From: an uncultured Armatimonadetes bacterium
Lineage (GTDB): Bacteria; Armatimonadota; UBA5829; DTJY01
Direction: 5' to 3'
Assembly: GCA_963717145.1 (NCBI GenBank)
Contig: OY970325.1
Span: forward strand, 3,010,448-3,074,447
Length of the DNA stretch: 64,000 bases
Translations under genes and position numbers: made by a program
The notes under the pieces: generated by a model
What the model was told of the DNA's origin: nothing
The model's input: only the letters and a program-made list of their open reading frames with translations
Database searches by the model: none
Shown here: in pieces, positions 34,264-42,944 of the stretch
How the letters are laid out: the number at the start of each line of letters is the position of its first letter
Position numbering within the stretch: position 1 is the stretch's first letter

Positions 34264-35118
34264 TCACAGGTCGATTTGCGACACGAAGTCGGCGAGGGCA
34301 TCCTCCCACGATCGAAGATCGTTTCGCCCCTGAAGCTCGAGGGCGTAGTTCCGAAGGACCGAGCATTTCGGTCTCCGAGTGGGACTCGGCCACTCTTCTG
34401 CCTTGATCGGCTTCACCTCAACGTTGTTGATACCCGCAAGAGACAGGGTCTTCCTGGCAAACTCATACCAGGAGCACGATCCCTGATTCGTGACGTGATA
34501 AGTCCCATAGAGCGGACTGCCGACGAGATCACGCACGGTCTGCGCCAGGTCTGCGGTGAATGTGGGCGAACCGATCTGATCGGCGACGACGGTGATCTCC
34601 TTGCGGGTCTTCGCCAAGTCGATCATGGTGCGCGGAAAGCACTTCCCGTGGATGCCGTAGAGCCAGGCCGTGCGGACGATCAGATGCTTCGGGCACAACG
34701 TTCTGACGTGCGTCTCGCCCGCAAGCTTCGATGCTCCGTAGTGGCCGAGCGGGTTCACGGCGTCGTACTCCGTGTACGGCTCACCCTTCTCGCCGTCGAA
34801 CACGAAATCGGTGCTGATATAGACGAGCGTCGCATCGACTCGGGCGCAGGCAGCGGCGACATTCCACGTGCCGAAGCCGTTGACCCGGAAGGCGCTGTCG
34901 GGGTCGCGTTCGCAGCCGTCGACATCGGTATAGGCGGCGGCGTGGATCACGGCATCGGGCTTCCCCTCGGCGATGGTCGAGATCACCTGATCCGTGTCCG
35001 TTACGTCGAGGAGACGGAGATCGCCGGCCACGTCGGTCGGCGTCAAGTCTTGGCCGCTGAGCGCCTCTCGAAGGTCCGTGCCGAGCATTCCGGCCGCACC
35101 GGTGATGAGTATTCGCAT
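34264..35118 (-). CDS. rfbD: dTDP-4-dehydrorhamnose reductase
   Basis: 284 aa. MRILITGAAGMLGTDL, the YGASKLAGE catalytic motif, and RmlD-like length. Confidence 0.9.
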   Translation of the reverse strand: MRILITGAAGMLGTDLREALSGQDLTPTDVAGDLRLLDVTDTDQVISTIAEGKPDAVIHAAAYTDVDGCERDPDSAFRVNGFGTWNVAAACARVDATLVYISTDFVFDGEKGEPYTEYDAVNPLGHYGASKLAGETHVRTLCPKHLIVRTAWLYGIHGKCFPRTMIDLAKTRKEITVVADQIGSPTFTADLAQTVRDLVGSPLYGTYHVTNQGSCSWYEFARKTLSLAGINNVEVKPIKAEEWPSPTRRPKCSVLRNYALELQGRNDLRSWEDALADFVSQIDL

Positions 35119-35121
35119 GGC

Positions 35122-35950
35122 CTAGAACCCGAAGACCGGCGTCTGCCCGGCATCGCCGCGAATCGTGAAAGTCTTCTTCGAGCCCGAACTTGTCGCACAC
35201 CTTGCCAAGCTCCGAGTCCGCCTCGTTGAACTTCTTGTCGAGAGTCCCTGCATCGGCTTTGACGCTATTCAGGGCGGCGATGTCGTTCTTGCCGATCGCA
35301 TCCTGGAACTTGCCCATGAAACCGATGAAGGTGCTGAGCGTATCGTAGTACTTCGCGGCCAATGCTCCGCAATCCGCCGGCGCCTTGACCTGGAGGAAGT
35401 ATGCGGACACCTGCTGCCAGTCACGGGTGAAGTCCATCGACTTCTTGGCCAAGTCCTCCGTCGGCTTCTTCGGTTCGTCCTCATCCCAGTCGAAGGGCAG
35501 CGCCTTCATGATCGATTCCGACGCGCCCGCCATGACGGTCTGCAGTTCCTTGGAATAGACTTGCTGGCGGTATTCCTCGACCTTCTTCAGATGCGCGAGG
35601 TAGGCGATGACTTCCGGCGGGACTTCCTTCTTCTCGGGCACCTTGGCATCCGTCTTCGGCGCTTGAAGGACTCCCGGCTGTTGGCCTGCGGGCATGGAGG
35701 GTCCGCTCAGGACACCGGGTTGCTTCGGAGCGGCCGTCGGTCCCTGATCGGCGACCCTCTGGCCCTTGAGATAGAAGCCTAGAGCCGCCAAGAGGCACAG
35801 AGCCACGATCGCAGCGATCAGGCCGGTCTTCTTCCTGCTGCCGGACGCCGGCATACCGGTGACGGATCGCTCGCCTGATGCCGATGCGCCGCAACCGGAG
35901 CAATATCGTGATTCGGGCGGGATTTCGGTTCCGCACTTATTACACTTCAT
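35122..35950 (-). CDS. zinc-ribbon, single-pass membrane protein (apparent frameshift near 35183)
   Basis: MKCNKCGTEIPPESRYCSGCG, a TM helix (LIAAIVALCLLAALGFY), a Pro-rich linker and a helical domain. The track ORF (34781..35950) reads 340 nt across rfbD. Skipping 1 nt at the CCC run 35183-35185 gives ...SKKTFTIRGDAGQTPVFGF*, ending 3 nt before the rfbD ATG, with high GC3. Confidence 0.6.
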
Positions 35951-35993
35951 GCGAAGGCCTCCCTGGAGATCGGATGATGAGACGACGTTGTCT

Positions 35994-36062
35994 GTAGGGG
36001 CGAAGCATTGGCTGCCGAAGCCGTAATGATCTCCGTGTCGGGAGCCAATGCTTCGCCCCTAC
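35994..36062. repeat. REP family B hairpin
   Basis: GTAGGGGCGAAGCATTGGCT-N29-AGCCAATGCTTCGCCCCTAC. Confidence 0.9.
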
Positions 36063-36173
36063 CGTCTTGAATCGGTTCGAGTATATCATTGGCGTGGGGG
36101 CAAGTCAAACGCAGAAAGGCCCGCGCCTTGGGTGAGGCACGGGCCTTGATGAAGGAGATATATCGGAGAGAGA

Positions 36174-37226
36174 TCAGCTCAATGATCCCAACTCCACCGC
36201 TCGGGCAAGAGTATGGCGCTGCTCGTCGTCCACTTTGGTGAACTGCACGCCGTACTCCCAATTCTGATGTCCGTTGCTCGGCAGCTTGATCGCGCGGGTG
36301 ATCTTGCCGGTTCCAGAGAACTCATCGAGTCCCGCGATGCTGGACGCCTGGATCTTCACCATCGAGCCTGTCTGGAACTGCTCCTCTGTGATGATCTTGA
36401 GCCCGCCGGCGCCGATGTCCTGAGTGAACACTCGGAATGCCGGCCCTATGCTCGGTACGTCGGAGTGCCCATTCTTCTCGACAAGAGCCATATCGACCGC
36501 GATGCGGGCGGGCATTCGCGCATGCTTCCTGCGCTGAACACGATAGATCACGGCTGGCTTGCCGACGACTATCATCGGCAGGTACGAGTCCCGGATCGCC
36601 AGGATGGAAGTCTCGAAGCTGTAGAATGCATCGTCGCCGGCGAATCCGATCGACAGCGCCGACCCCGGCTTGAGGGGCACAGGGCCCGATCCGTTCGATG
36701 GGCACGCAACCGTGAGCGTGAGGTCGTCCTTCTCCTCGATCCGGCTGTGGTACTGGCCGACACCGTCTCCGTCGTGGATCTCCACGAGCAGCGGCTGGCT
36801 ATAGTTGAACAACACGGTCCGTACTGACTCGGACCAGTTGAGTGATTTTTGCCCGATCCCATCATCGAGAGTGGCCTTGACCAGGGCAACGAGGCTGTCC
36901 AGGTCGAACGGCTTGTTGACACATGCCGTGGCGCCCATTGAGAGGGCGCCGGCCATCGTGTCGTGGCTTTCATAGGCCGTCATGATGATGATGGGGATGT
37001 CTTTTCTGTCCTGACGAATACTCTGGAGGGCACTGATGCCATCCATGATCGGCATTCTGACGTCCATAATGACCATGTCGAAGTCGTTCCGACGGGTCTC
37101 TTCCACCGCCTCGGCCCCGTCATGCACGGTACGGACTTCATAGCCGGCTTTCCGCAACTCTGCATCGAGGACGCGACACAGGTTCATTTCGTCATCCGCG
37201 ACGAGTATGCTCCGTTTGTTGATCAT
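36174..37226 (-). CDS. response regulator receiver + PilZ domain protein (c-di-GMP binding predicted)
   Basis: REC: ILVADDE...DMVIMDVRMPIMDG...KPF. C-terminal PilZ motifs RRKHAR and DIGAGGLKI. GGAGG RBS. Confidence 0.85.
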   Translation of the reverse strand: MINKRSILVADDEMNLCRVLDAELRKAGYEVRTVHDGAEAVEETRRNDFDMVIMDVRMPIMDGISALQSIRQDRKDIPIIIMTAYESHDTMAGALSMGATACVNKPFDLDSLVALVKATLDDGIGQKSLNWSESVRTVLFNYSQPLLVEIHDGDGVGQYHSRIEEKDDLTLTVACPSNGSGPVPLKPGSALSIGFAGDDAFYSFETSILAIRDSYLPMIVVGKPAVIYRVQRRKHARMPARIAVDMALVEKNGHSDVPSIGPAFRVFTQDIGAGGLKIITEEQFQTGSMVKIQASSIAGLDEFSGTGKITRAIKLPSNGHQNWEYGVQFTKVDDEQRHTLARAVELGSLS

Positions 37227-37351
37227 TTCCCCATGCCTCCAACAGCAAACAAGGCTGACTGAGCCCGATGACCAGTCAGAAATACTATTATCTGCTCGTG
37301 AGTAGCGCTTCCCCGAGCCATTTTCATGCGATGCTGTCAGGAGTACTTATT

Positions 37352-37367
37352 GCACAAACCGTGCCAT
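37352..37367 (-). promoter_or_regulatory. sigma54 (-24/-12) promoter upstream of the REC-PilZ gene
   Basis: Minus strand reads aaTGGCACGGTTTGTGCAat, against the consensus TGGCACG-N4-TTGCW. The GG and GC dinucleotides are correctly spaced. It lies about 125-140 nt upstream of ATG 37226. Confidence 0.55.
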
Positions 37368-37456
37368 TGAAGGTACATGGGGCAAAGTCGGCGGAATATT
37401 TTTTTGAGGGACTGCGGTTGGTGGCTGTAACGCGATGCGAAACGACCGCAGAAACC

Positions 37457-37528
37457 GTAGGGGCGAAGCATTTGCCCACCGGATATGATGGAGCTTCCTT
37501 TCGATGCGCAAATGCTTCGCCCACCTAC
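37457..37528. repeat. REP family B, degenerate copy
   Basis: GTAGGGGCGAAGCATTTGC-N32-GCAAATGCTTCGCCCACCTAC. It contains the stop codon (37525-37527) of the activator gene. Confidence 0.8.
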
Positions 37529-38727
37529 ACCTGCTCGGTGGCGGCCTGGATCGCAAACGGCAGGAGGTCCGGGGTTATCAGATCGGATGTCGGGTCGGCA
37601 AGCACCACGCACCGCTCGATCGCATTCTCCAACTCGCGGATGTTGCCCGGCCAGTCGTACTTCATCACCAGTTCCAGCGCCTCGGGACTGAGGAACTTGA
37701 CCTCCTTGGCGTTCTCCTTGTTGAACTTCTGGATGAAGTGCTCGGCGAGCGGCGGTATGTCTTCCCTGCGCTCCCGAAGAGACGGCAGGAAGACCTGGAT
37801 GACCTGCAGACGATAGTACAGATCGGCGCGGAAGACGCCATCCGCGACCAGTTGCTCCAAATCGCGGTTAGTGGCCGCGATCAGGCGGACATCGACCTTG
37901 ACGGTCTTGGTGCCGCCGACGCGTTCGAACTCCCGCTCCTGAAGGGCTCGGAGGAGCTTGACCTGGACGGCGGGCGAGACCTCGGGAATCTCATCGAGGA
38001 ACAGAGTCCCCTGATGGGCAAGCTCGAACCGGCCGATCTTCTGGCCGGTCGCGCCTGTGAATGAGCCCTTCTCGTGGCCGAACAGCTCGCTTTCGAGGAG
38101 CGTCTCGGGCAGCGCGGCGCATGAAACAGCGACGAACTGCTTCTGAGCGCGCGGGCTGTTATAATGGATCGCGCGCGCGACGAGTTCCTTGCCCGTGCCG
38201 CTCTCGCCGCGGATGAGCACCGTGGCGTTGCTTCCGGCCACGCGCTCGATGATCTTGTAGACTTCCTGCATCTTCCCGCTCTGGCCGACGATGTTATCGA
38301 ACTTGTAGCGACCCTTCAGTTCCTGCTTGAGTTCGACGTTCTCGCCCATCAGGCGGCTTCGTTCGAGAGCATTCTTGACGACGAGCTTGATCTCATCCAT
38401 ATCGAACGGCTTGGTGATATAGTCGAACGCGCCAAGCTTCATGGCGTCCACGGCGGTCTTGATCGTGCCGTGGGCCGTGATCATGACGACGGACAGCCCG
38501 GGGTTCAATTCTCTCACGGCCTTCAGGACTTCCACACCGTTCATGTCGGGCATGATGAGATCGCATATGACGACGTTCAGGTTGGGATCGGTCGCAACGA
38601 CATCGAGGGCCTTCCGGCCATTGTCGGCCGTTCGGACCTGATAGCCGTCCTTGGTGAACACGGCCTCGAGTACGCGCCTGATATTCGGCTCATCGTCAAC
38701 TATGAGAAGAGACTTCTGCTCGTCCAT
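37525..38727 (-). CDS. sigma54-dependent response regulator (REC + AAA+), lacking the C-terminal HTH DNA-binding domain
   Basis: 400 aa. REC: LLIVDDEP...[11 protein letters not shown]...KPF. AAA+: Walker [15 protein letters not shown]-loop variant GSFTGA, Walker B LFLDEI, and [10 protein letters not shown]. The protein ends about 25 aa after that, with no Fis-type HTH. Confidence 0.9.
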   Translation of the reverse strand: MDEQKSLLIVDDEPNIRRVLEAVFTKDGYQVRTADNGRKALDVVATDPNLNVVICDLIMPDMNGVEVLKAVRELNPGLSVVMITAHGTIKTAVDAMKLGAFDYITKPFDMDEIKLVVKNALERSRLMGENVELKQELKGRYKFDNIVGQSGKMQEVYKIIERVAGSNATVLIRGESGTGKELVARAIHYNSPRAQKQFVAVSCAALPETLLESELFGHEKGSFTGATGQKIGRFELAHQGTLFLDEIPEVSPAVQVKLLRALQEREFERVGGTKTVKVDVRLIAATNRDLEQLVADGVFRADLYYRLQVIQVFLPSLRERREDIPPLAEHFIQKFNKENAKEVKFLSPEALELVMKYDWPGNIRELENAIERCVVLADPTSDLITPDLLPFAIQAATEQV

Positions 38728-38757
38728 ATTCTGCCTTTCTGGAATCGTCGGTAACCC

Positions 38758-38816
38758 GTAGGGGAGGCCTTCAACGGCCTCCCGAACACGGGCGGGCGTA
38801 GAAGCACCGCCCCTAC
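38758..38816. repeat. REP family A copy
   Basis: GTAGGGGAGGCCTTCAACGGCCTCCCGAACACGGGCGGGCGTAGAAGCACCGCCCCTAC, between the kinase and the activator. Confidence 0.9.
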
Positions 38817-38820
38817 GGCA

Positions 38821-41800
38821 CTAGTCGGTAACCCTGCGGCCCCGCTTCAGTAACTCGTCCTCACCCATCTGAACGGCGCTCTCCGCCTGCTCCAGAGCGG
38901 CGCGAGCCTTGTCACCACAGAGCGGGAGGTACACTTGGAAGGTCGTGCCCTGCCCCACCTGACTCTTGACTCGGATTCTCCCGCCGTGATTCTCCACGAT
39001 CTTCTGCACGATCGCAAGGCCGAGGCCGGTACCCTTCGTCTTGGTGGTGAAGAACGGCACGAAAATCTGCTTCAACTGCGTCTCTGTGATCCCCAGCCCT
39101 GTGTCAGTGACCGAGATGTTCACTCCATCCGGTTCAGAGGACGTCACAACCGACAGCTTACCACCTTCGGGCATAGCCTGCAAGGCATTCAAAATGATGT
39201 TGCGGAGCACCTGCTCGAGCTGCTTATCATCGGCGATGACTCTGGGGACATCATACGCCAGATTCGGCTCGACCTGCACGGCATGCTTGCTGATGTCCAT
39301 CTGCATGAACTGCAGCAGCCTGAACAGCACGTCATTGACATCGGTTTCCTTCAGGTTGAACCTGGTCGGCCGCGCGAAATCGAGGAACTCCGTCGTGATC
39401 TTGTTGAGGACGTTGACCTCTTCGATAATGATGTCGAGGAACTCGCACATGAGCACGTGGTCCTCGTACTCCTTGCGGATATACTGGGCGGCCCCTTTGA
39501 TGGAGCTTAGCGGATTGCGCAGTTCGTGAGCGATGCTTGCCGCAAGCTGACCGATCGCCGCAAGCTCCGAGATCCTGCGCATCTCGTTCTCCATCTTGAT
39601 CTCGCGAGTGATGTCCTCGAAGATGATGACCAGGCCCAGCATCTCCCCGACGTGGTCACGGAGTTGGGCAATATTCATATTGATATAGGCGACATCACCG
39701 TCGAGCCCGTGGTATTCCAGCTTGTAGCCCAGGTACTTCTGGCCGGTATCCATCACCCGTTGTATCGCGCCCAGGGTGCGAGCCCTATCCGCGGGCGAGA
39801 TATCGAGCTTCTCGATGACCTCGGGGAACCGCAGCCCGGCTACATCGAGCGCCTGAATCGACGTGATGTCCTCAGCCGCCCTGTTCCAGGTCAGCACGCG
39901 GCCTTCACGATCCAGGGTCAACACGCCGGCCGCGATGCTCCTGAGAATGTCGTCCGTGTAGCTGGCGAGCGCCGTGAGGGCCTCCAGTTCTTTGTAGAGG
40001 GCAGCCGCCTGAGACGCGATCACCGAGAGGATCTTGACGTTCTCCTCGGTGTACGCGTTCGGGGCGTAACTGTGGACGCTGAGCACTCCGACAACCTCGT
40101 CCTGGACGATCAGAGGGATGGCCATGAGCGACCTGACTTCCTTGCTTCGAGCGCCGGTCGCCGAACGGAATCGCGGATCCTTGCGAATATCTCGGGACAC
40201 GAGCGCCTTGCGCTCACGTATCGCCCAACTGCTCAACGTGTCCACGTCAAGAGGCAGGTCGCTGCCCGGAAGTGCGCTTTGCTCGACGCCCCGGCATGCC
40301 TGCGCAACCATTTTGCCCCGCTCGTAGTCGACTGTGTAGATCGAGCTTTCATCGTACCAGACGATGCCGCGCACGATATCGAGGATCGAATCGAAGGCCT
40401 CCTTGGGGCTGCCCGCGGTCGATATACGCTCCGAAAGCTGATAGAGAGCGGACAACTCGAGGACCTTCTGCTCCATCTGCTCTTCGTAACTGCTGGCGTT
40501 CTTGATGATAGTCGCCGCCTGAGCCGCGATGATCGAGAGCAGCCTGATCCGACGCTTCTCCGGAAGCCTTCCGTTGCTTCCGAGCATCAGAACACCGATC
40601 ACCCCGTCCTCGGCAACCAGCGGCACGAGGTTGATGCGCGAGAACGACTTGCCGAGCATGTCCGCGAGTGGGCGCAGACACTCCGGCCAGCGGCCTTTGC
40701 CCTGCGTCAAGAGACTCTGCGGCTCCCTGTGCCGGTGTATCCACGCGATCGCTTCGTCGCCGATCATGTCGGTGACCGACTTGCTCAGCTTCGTCGGCAC
40801 CGAGGCTGAGGCCCATACGCGCACCGGTGATTGTGGCCGGTTGTCCGTCAGTAGAAGCATCGCCGAAACGTCGCCGGTCAACTGTGCCGCCAGCCGAACG
40901 AGTGTATTGGCGGCGTTCTCGAGGCTGTAGGCGCTGCTCAGCTCGTTGCTCATCTCGTACAGGGTCGAAAGCTCCTGCACCCGCTCCTTGAGGCTCTGGT
41001 ACAGGTGCGCGTTCGATATCGCGAGCGCGGCCTGACTGGCAAAGACGCTGAAGAGCTTGACGTCATCCTGGGTAAACATGGCCGCCGGCGAGATGCGCCG
41101 GATGCTGAGTACGCCGTTGACGTGCCCCTCCTCGTCTCGCAGAGGTACGCAGATGGATGACACAATGTCCGGCCTCGGTGTGATCGACACGCCCGCAAAC
41201 CGCGGGTCGTCCTGAAGGTTCGTCAGCAGCATCGGCTCGCCGGTCTGCGCCACCCGGCCCGCGATGCCGTCGCCGTAGGCAACCCTGGTCTCTTCGACGA
41301 CCTCTTCCGAGAGGCCGTGGCTCGCCTTGATGATCAACTCGTCCTTGTGGGGATCCTTGAGCATGAGGGAGCAGGCCTGCGCATCCATAACCGCGGCGGC
41401 TTTCTCAGTGATGAGCTTGAGCAGATCATCGGTCTCGACGCTCTCTATGGCCTGGCTGATCTCGTAGACCGCCGAGACTTCCTCGATGCGTTTCTGAGCC
41501 GATCGGCCGGATGCGGGCGCGTTGAACGTCCGGGTCTCGCGGGACAGGTAGAGGGAGAGATGACGCGCCACCACAGAGAGGAAATCCTTGTCATCCTTTG
41601 CCAGGCGCTCGTCCGGACAGATGAGAGTGCCGAGCACGACCGAGTTCGCCTCGATGGGCACGGCCCAGAAAGATGATCCGTTCGACGAGACGCTGGCGGC
41701 GGATACCCGGCTCTTGGCGAACTCGCGCACGAGCAGGTCGCGGTCGACGGGCAGCTTCCGTGAAGACGCAGACCCAGTTCCCGCCGACAGGTACTCGGAG

Positions 41801-41958
41801 CCGTCATATCCGGGCAGCCATAGACCGACGGACTCGACCGGAAGTACATCCTTCGCACTGGCGAGGATCTTCCGAAGCGTCTGTCGGGGCTCTCTGGCTG
41901 AACTGGTAAGTGTTATTATGTCGCAGATTGCGCTGTAACGACCCGATGGATCGAGCAT
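38821..41958 (-). CDS. sensor histidine kinase with multiple GAF-like domains, a PAS domain, HisKA and HATPase_c
   Basis: About 1,045 aa from ATG 41958 (GAGGAG RBS; the track start is 42075). H-box ASIAHELRNPLSSIKG. N/G boxes LRNIILNALQA, DTGLGI and GTGLGLAIV. Long GAF-like repeats lie N-terminally. No obvious TM segment. Confidence 0.85.
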   Translation of the reverse strand: MLDPSGRYSAICDIITLTSSAREPRQTLRKILASAKDVLPVESVGLWLPGYDGSEYLSAGTGSASSRKLPVDRDLLVREFAKSRVSAASVSSNGSSFWAVPIEANSVVLGTLICPDERLAKDDKDFLSVVARHLSLYLSRETRTFNAPASGRSAQKRIEEVSAVYEISQAIESVETDDLLKLITEKAAAVMDAQACSLMLKDPHKDELIIKASHGLSEEVVEETRVAYGDGIAGRVAQTGEPMLLTNLQDDPRFAGVSITPRPDIVSSICVPLRDEEGHVNGVLSIRRISPAAMFTQDDVKLFSVFASQAALAISNAHLYQSLKERVQELSTLYEMSNELSSAYSLENAANTLVRLAAQLTGDVSAMLLLTDNRPQSPVRVWASASVPTKLSKSVTDMIGDEAIAWIHRHREPQSLLTQGKGRWPECLRPLADMLGKSFSRINLVPLVAEDGVIGVLMLGSNGRLPEKRRIRLLSIIAAQAATIIKNASSYEEQMEQKVLELSALYQLSERISTAGSPKEAFDSILDIVRGIVWYDESSIYTVDYERGKMVAQACRGVEQSALPGSDLPLDVDTLSSWAIRERKALVSRDIRKDPRFRSATGARSKEVRSLMAIPLIVQDEVVGVLSVHSYAPNAYTEENVKILSVIASQAAALYKELEALTALASYTDDILRSIAAGVLTLDREGRVLTWNRAAEDITSIQALDVAGLRFPEVIEKLDISPADRARTLGAIQRVMDTGQKYLGYKLEYHGLDGDVAYINMNIAQLRDHVGEMLGLVIIFEDITREIKMENEMRRISELAAIGQLAASIAHELRNPLSSIKGAAQYIRKEYEDHVLMCEFLDIIIEEVNVLNKITTEFLDFARPTRFNLKETDVNDVLFRLLQFMQMDISKHAVQVEPNLAYDVPRVIADDKQLEQVLRNIILNALQAMPEGGKLSVVTSSEPDGVNISVTDTGLGITETQLKQIFVPFFTTKTKGTGLGLAIVQKIVENHGGRIRVKSQVGQGTTFQVYLPLCGDKARAALEQAESAVQMGEDELLKRGRRVTD

Positions 41959-41990
41959 AAGTCTCCTCAAGTGCAGAGCTTCATGAGTGC

Positions 41991-42019
41991 AGTATAGCAC
42001 AGCGTAAATGCCGTAGCAA
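41991..42019 (-). promoter_or_regulatory. sigma70-type promoter for the kinase operon
   Basis: Minus strand reads TTGCTA-cggcatttacgctgtgc-TATACT (17-bp spacer), about 33 nt upstream of ATG 41958. Confidence 0.45.
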
Positions 42020-42123
42020 GCACCGGAGGACTTGCGCCATGCCGACGCTACGGCACAAAAACGGCCACCTCCCACTTGCGAAGATGGCCTTTACAGGTAT
42101 GTCACCACGGTCAATCGTCCCGC

Positions 42124-42222
42124 CTACCGCGCGGCGGGACTTATCTGCTGCACAACAAGCAGGAGCAGCGCGATCTGGGTTGCGATAACTGCAATGGTCT
42201 TCAAAACGGTCACTCTAGCCAT
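42124..42222 (-). CDS. possible 32-aa hydrophobic peptide
   Basis: MARVTVLKTIAVIATQIALLLLVVQQISPAAR*, with AAGGGGGTG 5 nt upstream. It is below the ORF-track size cutoff and has no homology support. Confidence 0.2.
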   Translation of the reverse strand: MARVTVLKTIAVIATQIALLLLVVQQISPAAR

Positions 42223-42252
42223 CGGACACCCCCTTAGTATGACGGACGCAGA

Positions 42253-42492
42253 TCATGCGGCAAGGCGGAGTTCGATCGGGAAGTCGATGATCTCGCATTC
42301 CACCAGGTCATCCGCACCGAGACAAGCTATCGGTGTGTCCGACCAGAAGCGGTCCCAGTACTCCTCCTCGGCCCGGCAGTTGACAGCGCCGGCCACGAAC
42401 AGGAGTCCGAGTCCTGCTGCCATGAGCACCCCCAATACCTTGGCGCAAAGTATCGCGATCGACAATTCCGTTGCCACATTGCCTCCGATCAT
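42253..42492 (-). CDS. possible small membrane protein (about 79 aa)
   Basis: MIGGNVATELSIAILCAKVLGVLMAAGLGLLFVAGAVNCRAEEEYWDRFWSD... My hand count gives GC3 of about 70%, consistent with coding. The start is uncertain (track: 42561). Confidence 0.35.
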   Translation of the reverse strand: MIGGNVATELSIAILCAKVLGVLMAAGLGLLFVAGAVNCRAEEEYWDRFWSDTPIACLGADDLVECEIIDFPIELRLAA

Positions 42493-42567
42493 GCACACGT
42501 GGACGGGCCATGGTCCGCCATTGACCATTATCGGGGAGAAGCGTGAGGTTCTGGAGGGCACGGGCGT

Positions 42568-42912
42568 TCAGCCGGGGGGCCAACCGAGCCGCCTGCCGCC
42601 GAGCAGATGGAAATGCAGGTGAGGGACACTCTGGCCGGCCAACTCGCCGGAGTTCACTACTACTCGAAAGCCGTTCTCCTCCACGCCGAGTTCTCGCGCG
42701 AGCTTGGGAATGATCTCCCAGATTCGGCTCACCACGCCCATACTTGCCCCATCGATGCTCATCACGCCGGGGATGTGCTCCTTCGGTATCAGCAGAATGT
42801 GGACCGGGGCCACGGGATTTGCGTCCGGAAAAGCGATGACCTCGTCATCCTCATACACAGGCTTGACCGGAATCTCGTGTTTCGCGATTCTGCAGAAGAT
42901 GCAGCCTTCCAT
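42568..42912 (-). CDS. HIT-family (histidine triad) nucleotide hydrolase
   Basis: 114 aa. CIFCRI... and the HIT motif HLHFHLLGG. Confidence 0.85.
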   Translation of the reverse strand: MEGCIFCRIAKHEIPVKPVYEDDEVIAFPDANPVAPVHILLIPKEHIPGVMSIDGASMGVVSRIWEIIPKLARELGVEENGFRVVVNSGELAGQSVPHLHFHLLGGRRLGWPPG

Positions 42913-42944
42913 TCATTCGCCTCCTTAGTGACGCCGTGCGGGTG

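Noticed and set aside
34781-35121. The 3' extension of ORF 34781..35950 across the rfbD gene.
   Set aside because: It lies out of frame over a clearly real rfbD. An alternative frame ends neatly 3 nt before the rfbD ATG with high GC3, so the extension is best explained by a 1-nt indel near 35183.
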